DNA of 32,000 nt from Candidatus Saccharimonadota bacterium (GTDB taxonomy: Bacteria > Patescibacteriota > Patescibacteriia > 2-12-FULL-60-25), in the NCBI GenBank assembly GCA_022843095.1, contig JALHOH010000002.1, positions 330,001 to 362,000 on the forward strand, written 5' to 3'. A program made the translations under genes and the position numbers. A model generated the notes under the pieces. That model did not search any database. It had not been told where the DNA came from and worked only from the letters and a program-made list of their open reading frames with translations. Shown piece by piece: positions 1 to 7,496 of this stretch; position 1 is the stretch's first letter, and every line of letters starts with the position of its first letter.

Positions 1-454
1 TGAACAAGTGTCCATCCGGCGGACGCGACCCGTACACAACCGACGTAGACGCATGCAAGAACTTGGATTTATACCGCACCGCCACATCCAACGCGTTTTT
101 CATCCCCAAGGAATTCGCGTAGAGCGTTTGGATTTTGTACTGATCAAATTTTTTTGGACTGGTTGGACAGGCTAAGTGGTACACCTCTTGGATCCCCTGA
201 AACTTGATTTTGAAACGCGTGAGTTCTGGAAACGCCTCCGGATCAAACGGCGTATTCAAATCATGACGAATGAATTCAAAATCCTGATTCGCCAACATCC
301 CATTGATGTTGAGCTCGGTGCTGGTCACAAAGTTGTCCACGCAAATGACGCGCGCGGTGCCGGTTTTCAAAATCGCTTCGCACAGATGCGACCCAATAAA
401 CCCCGCGCCACCGGTCACGAGGACATTCTTTTTCTCAAAAATAACGTCTGCCAT
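1..454 (-). CDS. UDP-glucuronate decarboxylase (UXS)-like extended SDR; 5' part only, the gene runs off the window start
   Basis: Absent from the ORF track because it has no stop in the window. Reverse translation from the ATG at 454-452 gives MADVIFEKKNVLVTGGAGFIGSHLCEAILKTGTARVICVDNF...GIQEVYHLACPTSPKKF...ASTSVVYG. It has a Rossmann GxxGxxG motif and is a clear paralog (about half identical by eye) of the adjacent gene 476-1486. Confidence 0.8.
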   Translation of the reverse strand, partial: MADVIFEKKNVLVTGGAGFIGSHLCEAILKTGTARVICVDNFVTSTELNINGMLANQDFEFIRHDLNTPFDPEAFPELTRFKIKFQGIQEVYHLACPTSPKKFDQYKIQTLYANSLGMKNALDVAVRYKSKFLHASTSVVYGSRPPDGHLF

Positions 455-475
455 ATGGGCAGATCATAGCACACG

Positions 476-1486
476 CTACAAAAGATGACGCTTGCTGCGC
501 GTATAATCGATCATCTTGCGCAACCCATCATCCAGACGCGTGAGCGGTACCCAGCCAAGCACCGACCGGGCTTTACTGATGTCCGGCAAAGGTGCCTCAA
601 AAAACGCCGGCGATGGATCAAATCGCACACGCGACCCTTCAGCGTTCACAAGCTGGATAATTTTTTGCGCGACCACCGCCATGCGTTCATCCTGATCCGA
701 CCCGATATTCATGAGCATGGATCCGACCGGTGAACGCATGTGCTTCAACAGACCATCCACCACATCCCCCACATAGCATAACCCGACACGCGCATCATCC
801 GGCCCTTTTAATTCCACGTCTTTGCCATCAAGCGCGGCCAAAATCATGTCCGGGATCAAGTTCCCATCAAAAATCTTCATGCGCGGACCGTATGTCCGAA
901 AAATACGACTAATTTTGACGTCTAATTTGTAGACATCTGCGTACGTATACAGAATGGATTCGCTGAACCGCTTTCCTTCGTCGTATGCCCCATACGGAGT
1001 CAGGTGATCCACGAAACACGGCGTGGTCTCGCTTGCGCGATCGAGATCCGGTCGGCGCGGTCCATACAAGACCGAGCTCGAGGCATACAGCATCTTTGCC
1101 TTGTATTTCACGGCAAGATCCAAGATGTGTTTGATCCCCACCGAATTCGTCAAAATAGTGGCGATCCGGAACTCATCAAACTGTCGTTTGGAGATGGGGC
1201 ATGCCAGGTGATAAATCTCCTGCACCCCTTGAATCCGAATACGGAACCGCTCCAATTCCGGATACCGCTCTAACTCCAACGGCTGCGTAATGTCGTGATT
1301 GATGAACTCGAAATGGGGATGCTGCAACAACCCATCGATATTGGAGACGTGACTTGTGGAAAAGTTGTCCACGCAAATCACGTTATGGGTCGCCACCAAT
1401 GCTTCGCACAAATGCGAACCAATAAACCCCGCCCCACCCGTCACGAGGACGGTTTTTCGGTCAATGACCGGAAACGCAGAAGACAT
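476..1486 (-). CDS. UDP-glucuronate decarboxylase (UXS)-like NAD-dependent epimerase/dehydratase
   Basis: ORF 476..1579 trimmed to the internal ATG at 1486 (MSSAFPVIDRKTVLVTGGAGFIGSH), which sits 4 nt after the GtrA stop. Motifs: TGGAGFIGSH, YHLACP, and YDEGKRFSE (the YxxxK context of UXS, YDEGKR). Confidence 0.85.
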   Translation of the reverse strand: MSSAFPVIDRKTVLVTGGAGFIGSHLCEALVATHNVICVDNFSTSHVSNIDGLLQHPHFEFINHDITQPLELERYPELERFRIRIQGVQEIYHLACPISKRQFDEFRIATILTNSVGIKHILDLAVKYKAKMLYASSSVLYGPRRPDLDRASETTPCFVDHLTPYGAYDEGKRFSESILYTYADVYKLDVKISRIFRTYGPRMKIFDGNLIPDMILAALDGKDVELKGPDDARVGLCYVGDVVDGLLKHMRSPVGSMLMNIGSDQDERMAVVAQKIIQLVNAEGSRVRFDPSPAFFEAPLPDISKARSVLGWVPLTRLDDGLRKMIDYTRSKRHLL

Positions 1487-1490
1487 GCCC

Positions 1491-1931
1491 CTATGATACC
1501 ACGACTTCTGGGGACGAACGGAACGTGAACCACCGGTGCAACCCGTAGGTGTACAGCGGGATACAGGCGCCAACGACAAAAATCACCAAAAAATCATGCA
1601 CTTTGAAGATGGCGTGACCCAGCCAAAACAAAAAGGTTTGCAGCCCCATCGCCGTCACCATGACAAACAAATACCGCGGAAGTTGATCGCGCTTGCGTCC
1701 GTTTGAACGAAACGTGTACGAACGATGCGCAAAAAAATTGAAGATGGATGCGATCGTGACCGAAATCGCATTCGCAAGGGTGTGATTCCCACCCTTCCAA
1801 AGGAGGCGCGTGATGCCCGCGTAGGTAACGGCGTTGATGGCAAACGACGTTCCGCCGATCAACAAGAACCGGCCAAGCTTCGCCCATTCATCACCCATTT
1901 TTTGCCGCACTGTCTGCCAGGTACTGGTCAT
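1491..1931 (-). CDS. GtrA family membrane protein (polyprenyl-phosphate-sugar handling)
   Basis: 146 aa with four hydrophobic segments. FLLIGGTSFAINAVTY...NFFAHRSYTFR...HRWFTFR is the typical GtrA-like pattern. Its ATG overlaps the upstream protease stop (ATGA at 1928-1931). Confidence 0.85.
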   Translation of the reverse strand: MTSTWQTVRQKMGDEWAKLGRFLLIGGTSFAINAVTYAGITRLLWKGGNHTLANAISVTIASIFNFFAHRSYTFRSNGRKRDQLPRYLFVMVTAMGLQTFLFWLGHAIFKVHDFLVIFVVGACIPLYTYGLHRWFTFRSSPEVVVS

Positions 1932-3406
1932 AGTTGCTCTAATCGATTGTGTTGCAAGCGCAATCGTCGCACCATTCCACCCCCACGCACTTCAATCGCC
2001 CCATCCGACCGTCGAGTGATACGCCACGTCGCCGACTTCGTTCCCACGGGAAATCCGCTCCACTGCACACGTCCTTCGGTGTCGAGCACCATCGCATGCC
2101 CACCTCCGCGTGTAGGCCAAGCCAGCGTTCGCTGATCATTCAAAGGGACCAATTGAATCCCCCCGCGATACGCTGCGCCGTACAACGCACGCGTCGAGGT
2201 GGATCCGGTCGCTGGATTCACAATCGTTAACACCGGCGAAGTGCGAGAGGCGATCAACCGTGGCTTCTCCTGCGCTCGCAGAGCGGATGTCGCGCTCGCC
2301 CCCAACGCACGCCCCGCGTTCAATCGCCCCACGCCAAGCAGCGCCGTTCGCCAGCCGTCCCCAGATCCCTGAATGGGATCCGCGGTCGTTAAAATGCGCT
2401 CGCGGATTTGCGCCGCCGTCCACTCTGGATGTTGCGCTTTGAGCAACGCCGCGACCCCGCTCACAAGTGGCGCCGCCAAACTGGTCCCGGTGTACCCGCC
2501 GTAATAGCCCGGCACGGTCGAGGTCGCGCGCCCTTTGTGGTGCGGATAACTTGGTCGCGCTCCAAAAATCTCGTGCGCCGGAGCGGCGATGTCGGTGCAG
2601 GTAATTCCCGTGTTCGCAAATGGTGCGCGCTGATCCAATGCATCCGTCCCCGTCACCCCAATCACGATATTCGACGCCCCTTCGCTACAGGCCGGATAAG
2701 CTGGCACCTGATCGATGTTTACCCCTTGCTTGCCCGCGCTGTTTCCGGTTGCCGCCACCAAGACAACCCCCGCATCGGCTGCACGACGCATAAGTTCCGT
2801 TAAGGTAGGGGTTTCTTCGTATCCGACCAGCGAAAAGTTGATCACGTCCGCGCCTTGACTCACGGCGTAGCGCACGGCTTCTTCTAGCTCCGTCACGTCG
2901 CCTTCTCCATCCGCATCCAAAATCACAAGCGGAAGGAGTCGCACATTCCACGCCACCCCGGATACACCGATCCCATTCCCTCCACGCGCACCAATGAGTG
3001 ACGCAACCAGCGTGCCATGCGTCCAGGCGTCTTCCGTTTGGATCTCGCGATACACCGGGCGAACGTCTCCCGTTTGGGAAACAAAATTCCATCCATGAAC
3101 GTCATCGATGTACCCATTTTGATCGTTATCGATCCCGTCTCCCGGAATTTCGCGTAGATTGGTCCAGATATTTTCCCGCAAATCCTCGTGCTGAATATCG
3201 ACACCCGTATCAATCAACGCAACAATCACGTCCCGGCTTCCGGTCGAAACGGTCCAGGCAGCAGGCGCATCGATCTGACGCAGATGCCATTGCTTGGAAA
3301 AAAACGTGTCTGGGGCCGCGGCAGCCATTTCCGGGAACACCCAACACGCCACACACGCAATCGCTCCGAATACCTGCAACATTCCGCGGTTTCTAGACAG
3401 TGTCAT
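1928..3406 (-). CDS. Secreted subtilisin-like serine protease (peptidase S8) with a C-terminal domain of unknown function
   Basis: Catalytic triad contexts LIDTGVD (Asp), HGTLVASLIG (His), GTSLAAPLVSG (Ser), plus the oxyanion-hole ATGNS. ORF trimmed to the ATG at 3406, giving a signal peptide MTLSRNRGMLQVFGAIACVACWVFPEMAAAAP. An alternative ATG lies at 3382. Confidence 0.85.
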   Translation of the reverse strand: MTLSRNRGMLQVFGAIACVACWVFPEMAAAAPDTFFSKQWHLRQIDAPAAWTVSTGSRDVIVALIDTGVDIQHEDLRENIWTNLREIPGDGIDNDQNGYIDDVHGWNFVSQTGDVRPVYREIQTEDAWTHGTLVASLIGARGGNGIGVSGVAWNVRLLPLVILDADGEGDVTELEEAVRYAVSQGADVINFSLVGYEETPTLTELMRRAADAGVVLVAATGNSAGKQGVNIDQVPAYPACSEGASNIVIGVTGTDALDQRAPFANTGITCTDIAAPAHEIFGARPSYPHHKGRATSTVPGYYGGYTGTSLAAPLVSGVAALLKAQHPEWTAAQIRERILTTADPIQGSGDGWRTALLGVGRLNAGRALGASATSALRAQEKPRLIASRTSPVLTIVNPATGSTSTRALYGAAYRGGIQLVPLNDQRTLAWPTRGGGHAMVLDTEGRVQWSGFPVGTKSATWRITRRSDGAIEVRGGGMVRRLRLQHNRLEQL

Positions 3407-3433
3407 GAAGCAAAGCATACACTGCCGGTAGCT

Positions 3434-4810
3434 ATGATCCAAGCCGGTTCTCATCTCAAAAAAGCGCTGCTTGCACTCGGAGACGCCACCGCCTTCCAGC
3501 TCGCGCTCGCGCTCACCCTCTTTATCCGATACGGCGCGCTTGATGCCTGGCATTGGTCGCTCCATGCCCTGCCGTTCGGGATTTTAACGATCCTCTGGAT
3601 CATGGGATTCTACGTCGCCGGCCTCTACGACCTGACCTTGATTCGCGAACCGCTCAAATTGTTTCGCACATATCTGGAAGCCATGATCGCGAACCTCGGG
3701 CTCGCCATCGGGCTCTTCTATCTCATCCCGGCGTTTGGCATTGCGCCACGCACGAACCTGTTTCTCCACTTCGCTTTCGCACTCCTTCTTGGATATGGAT
3801 GGCGCGTGGTTTATACCCGCGGATTATTTGCGCGCTTTAGCCCCGGTCGGGTGCTTTACCTTGGGAGCGCGGAAGATGCGGCCGCAGTTCAGGCGCTCCT
3901 GCAACGGTCATCGCTGGGCTTTGAACTTGCTGTCGCCATTCCAACCGAGGGAACACCGCATCAAAAACTCCCTATCATCTGGGAGAAAGACGTGACCGCG
4001 CTCGATACGATCGTCCGTCATCACGCCATCACGGCCGTGGTGGTTGGAAGCCAAGCCGATGCCAAAGAAGACGTAAAAAACGCGCTCTATCGCACCCTCT
4101 TTACCAACGTCGCCATTTTAGACCGTGCGGAATTAGAAGAGGTCACAACGGGACGGATTCCGCTCACACACGTGTCGGAAACGTGGTTTTTGCACCATCT
4201 CCGCGAAGCAGAAAAAGCGTGGTATGACGGGATCAAGCGGCTGGTGGATCTTCTCCTTGCATTGCCCTTCGGTGTGCTCACCCTCGCGCTCTATCCGATA
4301 GTCGCGCTCGGAATCAAACTCTCTTCCCCGGGACCCGTGCTCTACAGCCAGGTCCGCGTCGGGAAGGGTGGCCTCCCCTTCCGTATCTGGAAGTTCCGCA
4401 CCATGCACACCGATGCAGAAAAAGCCGGAGCGCAGTTCACGAAAGATGCAAAAACCGATCCACGCCTGTTTGCCGTCGGTCGCTTTTTGCGCCAAACCCG
4501 CATCGATGAATTGCCGCAAATCTGGAACGTCCTCCACGGCGATCTTTCGTTCATTGGTCCGCGCCCGGAACGACCGGAATTCGTCGAACCTCTCATCGAG
4601 CGCATGCCGTACTACGCACTGCGCCATCTGGCTCGCCCGGGGCTGACCGGTTGGGCGCAGGTCATGTTCCTTACCCCGACCGCATCCTTGGATGATAACC
4701 TCAAAAAACTGCAGTACGATCTGTACTACATCAAGCACCGCTCCCCGCTCCTGGACCTCGCCATTCTGCTCAAAACGATTGGCATCGTCTTGCGCAGACA
4801 GGGAACATAA
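3434..4810 (+). CDS. Polyprenyl-phosphate glycosyl-1-phosphate transferase (bacterial sugar transferase, WbaP/EPS-initiating type)
   Basis: ORF 3188..4810 trimmed to the ATG at 3434 (MIQAGSHLKK), because the upstream part overlaps the divergent protease gene. It has N-terminal TM segments. The C-terminal catalytic domain reads PGPVLYSQVRVGKGGLPFRIWKFRTM...DELPQIWNVLHGDLSFIGPRP...YDLYYI. Confidence 0.9.
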   Translation: MIQAGSHLKKALLALGDATAFQLALALTLFIRYGALDAWHWSLHALPFGILTILWIMGFYVAGLYDLTLIREPLKLFRTYLEAMIANLGLAIGLFYLIPAFGIAPRTNLFLHFAFALLLGYGWRVVYTRGLFARFSPGRVLYLGSAEDAAAVQALLQRSSLGFELAVAIPTEGTPHQKLPIIWEKDVTALDTIVRHHAITAVVVGSQADAKEDVKNALYRTLFTNVAILDRAELEEVTTGRIPLTHVSETWFLHHLREAEKAWYDGIKRLVDLLLALPFGVLTLALYPIVALGIKLSSPGPVLYSQVRVGKGGLPFRIWKFRTMHTDAEKAGAQFTKDAKTDPRLFAVGRFLRQTRIDELPQIWNVLHGDLSFIGPRPERPEFVEPLIERMPYYALRHLARPGLTGWAQVMFLTPTASLDDNLKKLQYDLYYIKHRSPLLDLAILLKTIGIVLRRQGT

Positions 4811-4819
4811 CGGCGATAC

Positions 4820-4844
4820 AAAAACGGGCTCGAGGCCCGTTTTT
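4820..4844. terminator. Bidirectional rho-independent terminator between convergent genes
   Basis: Sequence aaaaacgggc-tcgag-gcccgttttt. The GC core stem ACGGGC/GCCCGT is flanked by an A-run on one side and a T-run on the other. It lies between the stop at 4810 (+) and the stop at 4846 (-). Confidence 0.75.
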
Positions 4845-4845
4845 G

Positions 4846-5766
4846 CTAGCTTGCCGGTTCGATCCCATTCTCGCGAAGAAGCGTTCGCAACCCCTCTCCA
4901 AATTTGATCTGCGGTTCCCATCCAATCAGCTCTTTGGTCAAGGTGAGATCGGCCCAGGTCAATGCTGGATCCCCTTTTCGCGGCTCCCGATACGCAACCG
5001 GTCCACCGATAATGTCGGCGATGTCTTTCACGCTGTGCGGTTTTTCTCCCCCACCAATGTTAATCACCTCGCCATGCCCCGCCTTTTCGGACGTCATCGC
5101 CAAATAATTCGCGCGCGCCACGTCATGGACATGGGTAAAGTCACGCGCCTGTGAGCCGTCTCCATCGATCGTCAGCGGTTCGCCCGCCTTCTTTTGACGC
5201 ATAAAGATGGCGATCACCGTCACGTACGCCCCTTCATTCGCCATGCGCGGCCCGTAGACATTGAAATAGCGCAATGACACCGTGGGAAGATTAAACAGCT
5301 TAAAAAACTGCGTCGCGTACAACTCGCCCACGTATTTTTGAATGGCGTACGGGTTCAACGGATTCGGCTTCATATCCGGGGTATACGGGGCGCGCGGCTG
5401 GTTTCCGTATGCCGAAGACGATGCGCTGTACACCACGCGCTTTACCTTTGCATCCCGGGCCGCGACAAACACATTCAACGTTCCCGTCACGTTATTTTCG
5501 TTGGTTTCGATGGGAAACTGGATGGAATACGGGACGCGCGGCATGGCCGCCAAATGAAACACCCCATCAATCCCCTCAAACGCCGGACGAATCTCCTCGA
5601 GGTGCCGCATGTCTCCATGGAACAATTCCGCGCCCTTGGGAATATTCTCATGTTTGCCCGTAGAAAAATTATCCAATACACGCACCCGATGCCCCTCCTT
5701 CAACAAGAGTTCGGTAACGTGCGATCCAATGAATCCGGCGCCGCCGGTAACAAGATAGTGTGCCAT
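4846..5766 (-). CDS. NAD-dependent sugar-nucleotide 4-epimerase-like extended SDR (GalE/WbpP-like)
   Basis: ORF 4846..6045 trimmed to the ATG at 5766 (MAHYLVTGGAGFIGSH). Motifs: SASSSAYG, YAIQKY (YxxxK), RYFNVYGPR. Confidence 0.85.
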   Translation of the reverse strand: MAHYLVTGGAGFIGSHVTELLLKEGHRVRVLDNFSTGKHENIPKGAELFHGDMRHLEEIRPAFEGIDGVFHLAAMPRVPYSIQFPIETNENNVTGTLNVFVAARDAKVKRVVYSASSSAYGNQPRAPYTPDMKPNPLNPYAIQKYVGELYATQFFKLFNLPTVSLRYFNVYGPRMANEGAYVTVIAIFMRQKKAGEPLTIDGDGSQARDFTHVHDVARANYLAMTSEKAGHGEVINIGGGEKPHSVKDIADIIGGPVAYREPRKGDPALTWADLTLTKELIGWEPQIKFGEGLRTLLRENGIEPAS

Positions 5767-5807
5767 ACGCGAAGAGTGTGACAGATGTGCAACAAGATGA
5801 GAACGCG

Positions 5808-6635
5808 TTACGTGGATTTTTTGGGACTCCCCTCCGGCCACTGGACGTCCAACCCTTGAGCGTGCGTCAGCGCGGTATTGTACGCCTCTGCCGCATGCAA
5901 GAGAGACAAATCGACGCCGGCGTCTTTGGCAAGATGCGCGATCGCGCGCGTATCCTTGGGAAGACATTTTCCTCCATACCCACGATAGCCTTTGTGAAAA
6001 ATCTCCCAGTGATGTGTCCCCATCCACGGTTCTGCCTTGGCGCACTCTTTGACCTGTTCGTAATCAATGCCCATGGTTTGGCACAGATCATACATCTGGT
6101 TGGCGTACGCGACTTTGAGCGCATAAAACGCGTTCCCAAAATACTTCACCATTTCCGCCGCTTTTGCCGGGACGATGGCTTCATGCGGCGCGCGTGGCAG
6201 AAGTCCCAACGCAAGTTCCGCATCCCGTCGTGATGCGGGCGTATACCCAATGATCTGCCGATTCGGTTCGCGCATGTCTTTGTCTGCGGTGGTTTCGGTC
6301 AAAAACTCGGGATTAAACAAAAAGCGGTGTTGTGGATACAGCGCCTGAAACCGATCGGTCGTGCCCGGCAAAATCGTGGATTTCAACACAATCGTTTTTC
6401 CTGGCACCGGGATCGCCTCGATCGCGGCACGCAGATACGAATCATCAAATCCGGTCCCATCCAAATAGTACGGCGTCGGCACCGCGACAAAAATCACCTC
6501 CGCCGCCTCGAGCACGGACGGATCGTTCAATCCTTTTGGCGGATCATACAAACCCGCGCGCACTTGCTGGGATTCGAAAAACCGGTTCAGAGCACCGCCG
6601 ACCATGCCGGTGCCGATAATGGCGATGGGGGTCAT
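5808..6635 (-). CDS. Short UDP-glucose/GDP-mannose dehydrogenase family protein lacking the C-terminal nucleotide-sugar-binding domain
   Basis: 275 aa. Motifs: IAIIGTGMVGG (NAD fold), AVPTP, KSTILPGTT, NPEFLTE, and catalytic Cys context YGGKCLPKDTRA at about residue 224. Only about 50 residues follow the Cys. Confidence 0.8.
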   Translation of the reverse strand: MTPIAIIGTGMVGGALNRFFESQQVRAGLYDPPKGLNDPSVLEAAEVIFVAVPTPYYLDGTGFDDSYLRAAIEAIPVPGKTIVLKSTILPGTTDRFQALYPQHRFLFNPEFLTETTADKDMREPNRQIIGYTPASRRDAELALGLLPRAPHEAIVPAKAAEMVKYFGNAFYALKVAYANQMYDLCQTMGIDYEQVKECAKAEPWMGTHHWEIFHKGYRGYGGKCLPKDTRAIAHLAKDAGVDLSLLHAAEAYNTALTHAQGLDVQWPEGSPKKST

Positions 6636-6819
6636 AGGCTTTCACTGTACCTACGACGCATCCGCATGCCTAGACGCGCCCACTTGCTCTTTTTGTCCAC
6701 CGTGACGGATACTGCACACATCTATGCTGTCCTTCCTCTTTCGCACCTGCGTGCTTCCTCTCTTGCAGCACCCTACCTGGCGCTTTCGCATTCTGCCGTC
6801 GCTCTGGCAATACACCAGC

Positions 6820-7449
6820 ATGAATCGCAAAGAATTCGTGCTTTCCCAAGCCATGGAACTTGCCGCATTCTCGAATATCGGAGGGGATTATCTGGAATTC
6901 GGTGTATGGAAAGGTGGAAGCATGATGACGGCGTTTCATATGGCCCGTCGATCCGGCGGACTCAAAGGGATGCGTTTTTTCGGATTTGATTCCTACGAAG
7001 GGTTGCCCGAAAAAACGGGGCTCGATACCACTTCCGCGCAATTCGCAAAGGGTGAATACGCCTGCTCTCTGGAACAGGTCACTGCGAACCTCAAAAAAAA
7101 TAAGGTGGATCTCGCTCGGGTCCGATTGGTCAAAGGCTGGTACGACAAAACCCTGAACGAGGCGACACGGACGCAAGAATCGTTGCATCGCGCGGCCGTG
7201 GTCTACATCGACTGCGATCTCTATGAATCCACGGTTCCGGTCCTCCAGTTCCTGACGCCGATCGTGGCAGACGGCACCATCATCATCTTCGATGACTGGA
7301 ACTGCTTTAACGCCCGTCCAGACATGGGCGAACGGCGGGCATTTCAGGAATGGCTGAACGCGAATCCCCACATCACCGCGCAAGATTTTCATCGGTTCGG
7401 GTGGTCCGGGCATTCCTTCATTTTGAACGTGTCCCCCAGCAAAACGTAG
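6820..7449 (+). CDS. TylF/MycF-like class I SAM-dependent (sugar O-)methyltransferase
   Basis: GDYLEFGVWKGGSMM...FFGFDSYEGLPE...VVYIDCDLYESTVPVLQFL...GTIIIFDDW matches the macrocin-O-methyltransferase family pattern. Start set at the ATG at 6820 (MNRKEF). The upstream ATG at 6724 would add a non-conserved 32-aa extension. Confidence 0.8.
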   Translation: MNRKEFVLSQAMELAAFSNIGGDYLEFGVWKGGSMMTAFHMARRSGGLKGMRFFGFDSYEGLPEKTGLDTTSAQFAKGEYACSLEQVTANLKKNKVDLARVRLVKGWYDKTLNEATRTQESLHRAAVVYIDCDLYESTVPVLQFLTPIVADGTIIIFDDWNCFNARPDMGERRAFQEWLNANPHITAQDFHRFGWSGHSFILNVSPSKT

Positions 7450-7496
7450 AAAACCCACAATTGACGCCCCTATCCCGGAAGCGTACAACTGCTGGC

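Noticed and set aside
3188-3433. N-terminal extensions in the ORF track: 3188-3433, 1487-1579, 5767-6045, 7350-7496, 17593-18210, 25195-25494, 18127-18324, 3407-3565
   Set aside because: The extensions overlap neighbouring genes or run antisense to them, and they precede the conserved N-terminal motifs (for example GGAGFIGSH right after an internal ATG). Several track starts are GTG or TTG rather than ATG. I trimmed them to the start that fits the gene spacing.
4856-4866. GGTTCGATCCC, which resembles a tRNA T-loop
   Set aside because: The flanking bases do not form a T-stem (gccgg versus ccatt), and no acceptor or anticodon arms can be drawn. The sequence lies in the last codons of the epimerase gene (4846-5766).
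4133-4921. Other long antisense ORFs: 4133-4921(-), 6670-7554(-), 10576-11223(-), 11289-12164(-), 18520-19515(-), 22203-22910(+), 23821-24747(+), 30977-31687(+)
   Set aside because: Each lies fully opposite a gene with clear conserved motifs and has an arginine/histidine-rich, domain-free translation. I treated them as non-coding shadows.
6636-6819. The largest intergenic region (184 nt) between divergent genes, with a pyrimidine-rich stretch (ctgtccttcctctttcgcacctgcgtgcttcctctcttgc) and an upstream in-frame ATG at 6724
   Set aside because: I found no convincing hairpin, repeat or conserved RNA motif. A TTGCTC/GATACT promoter-like pair (6684, 6708) is only a weak match. The ATG at 6724 would add a hydrophobic, non-conserved extension to the TylF-like protein. 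This is probably just a shared promoter and leader region.
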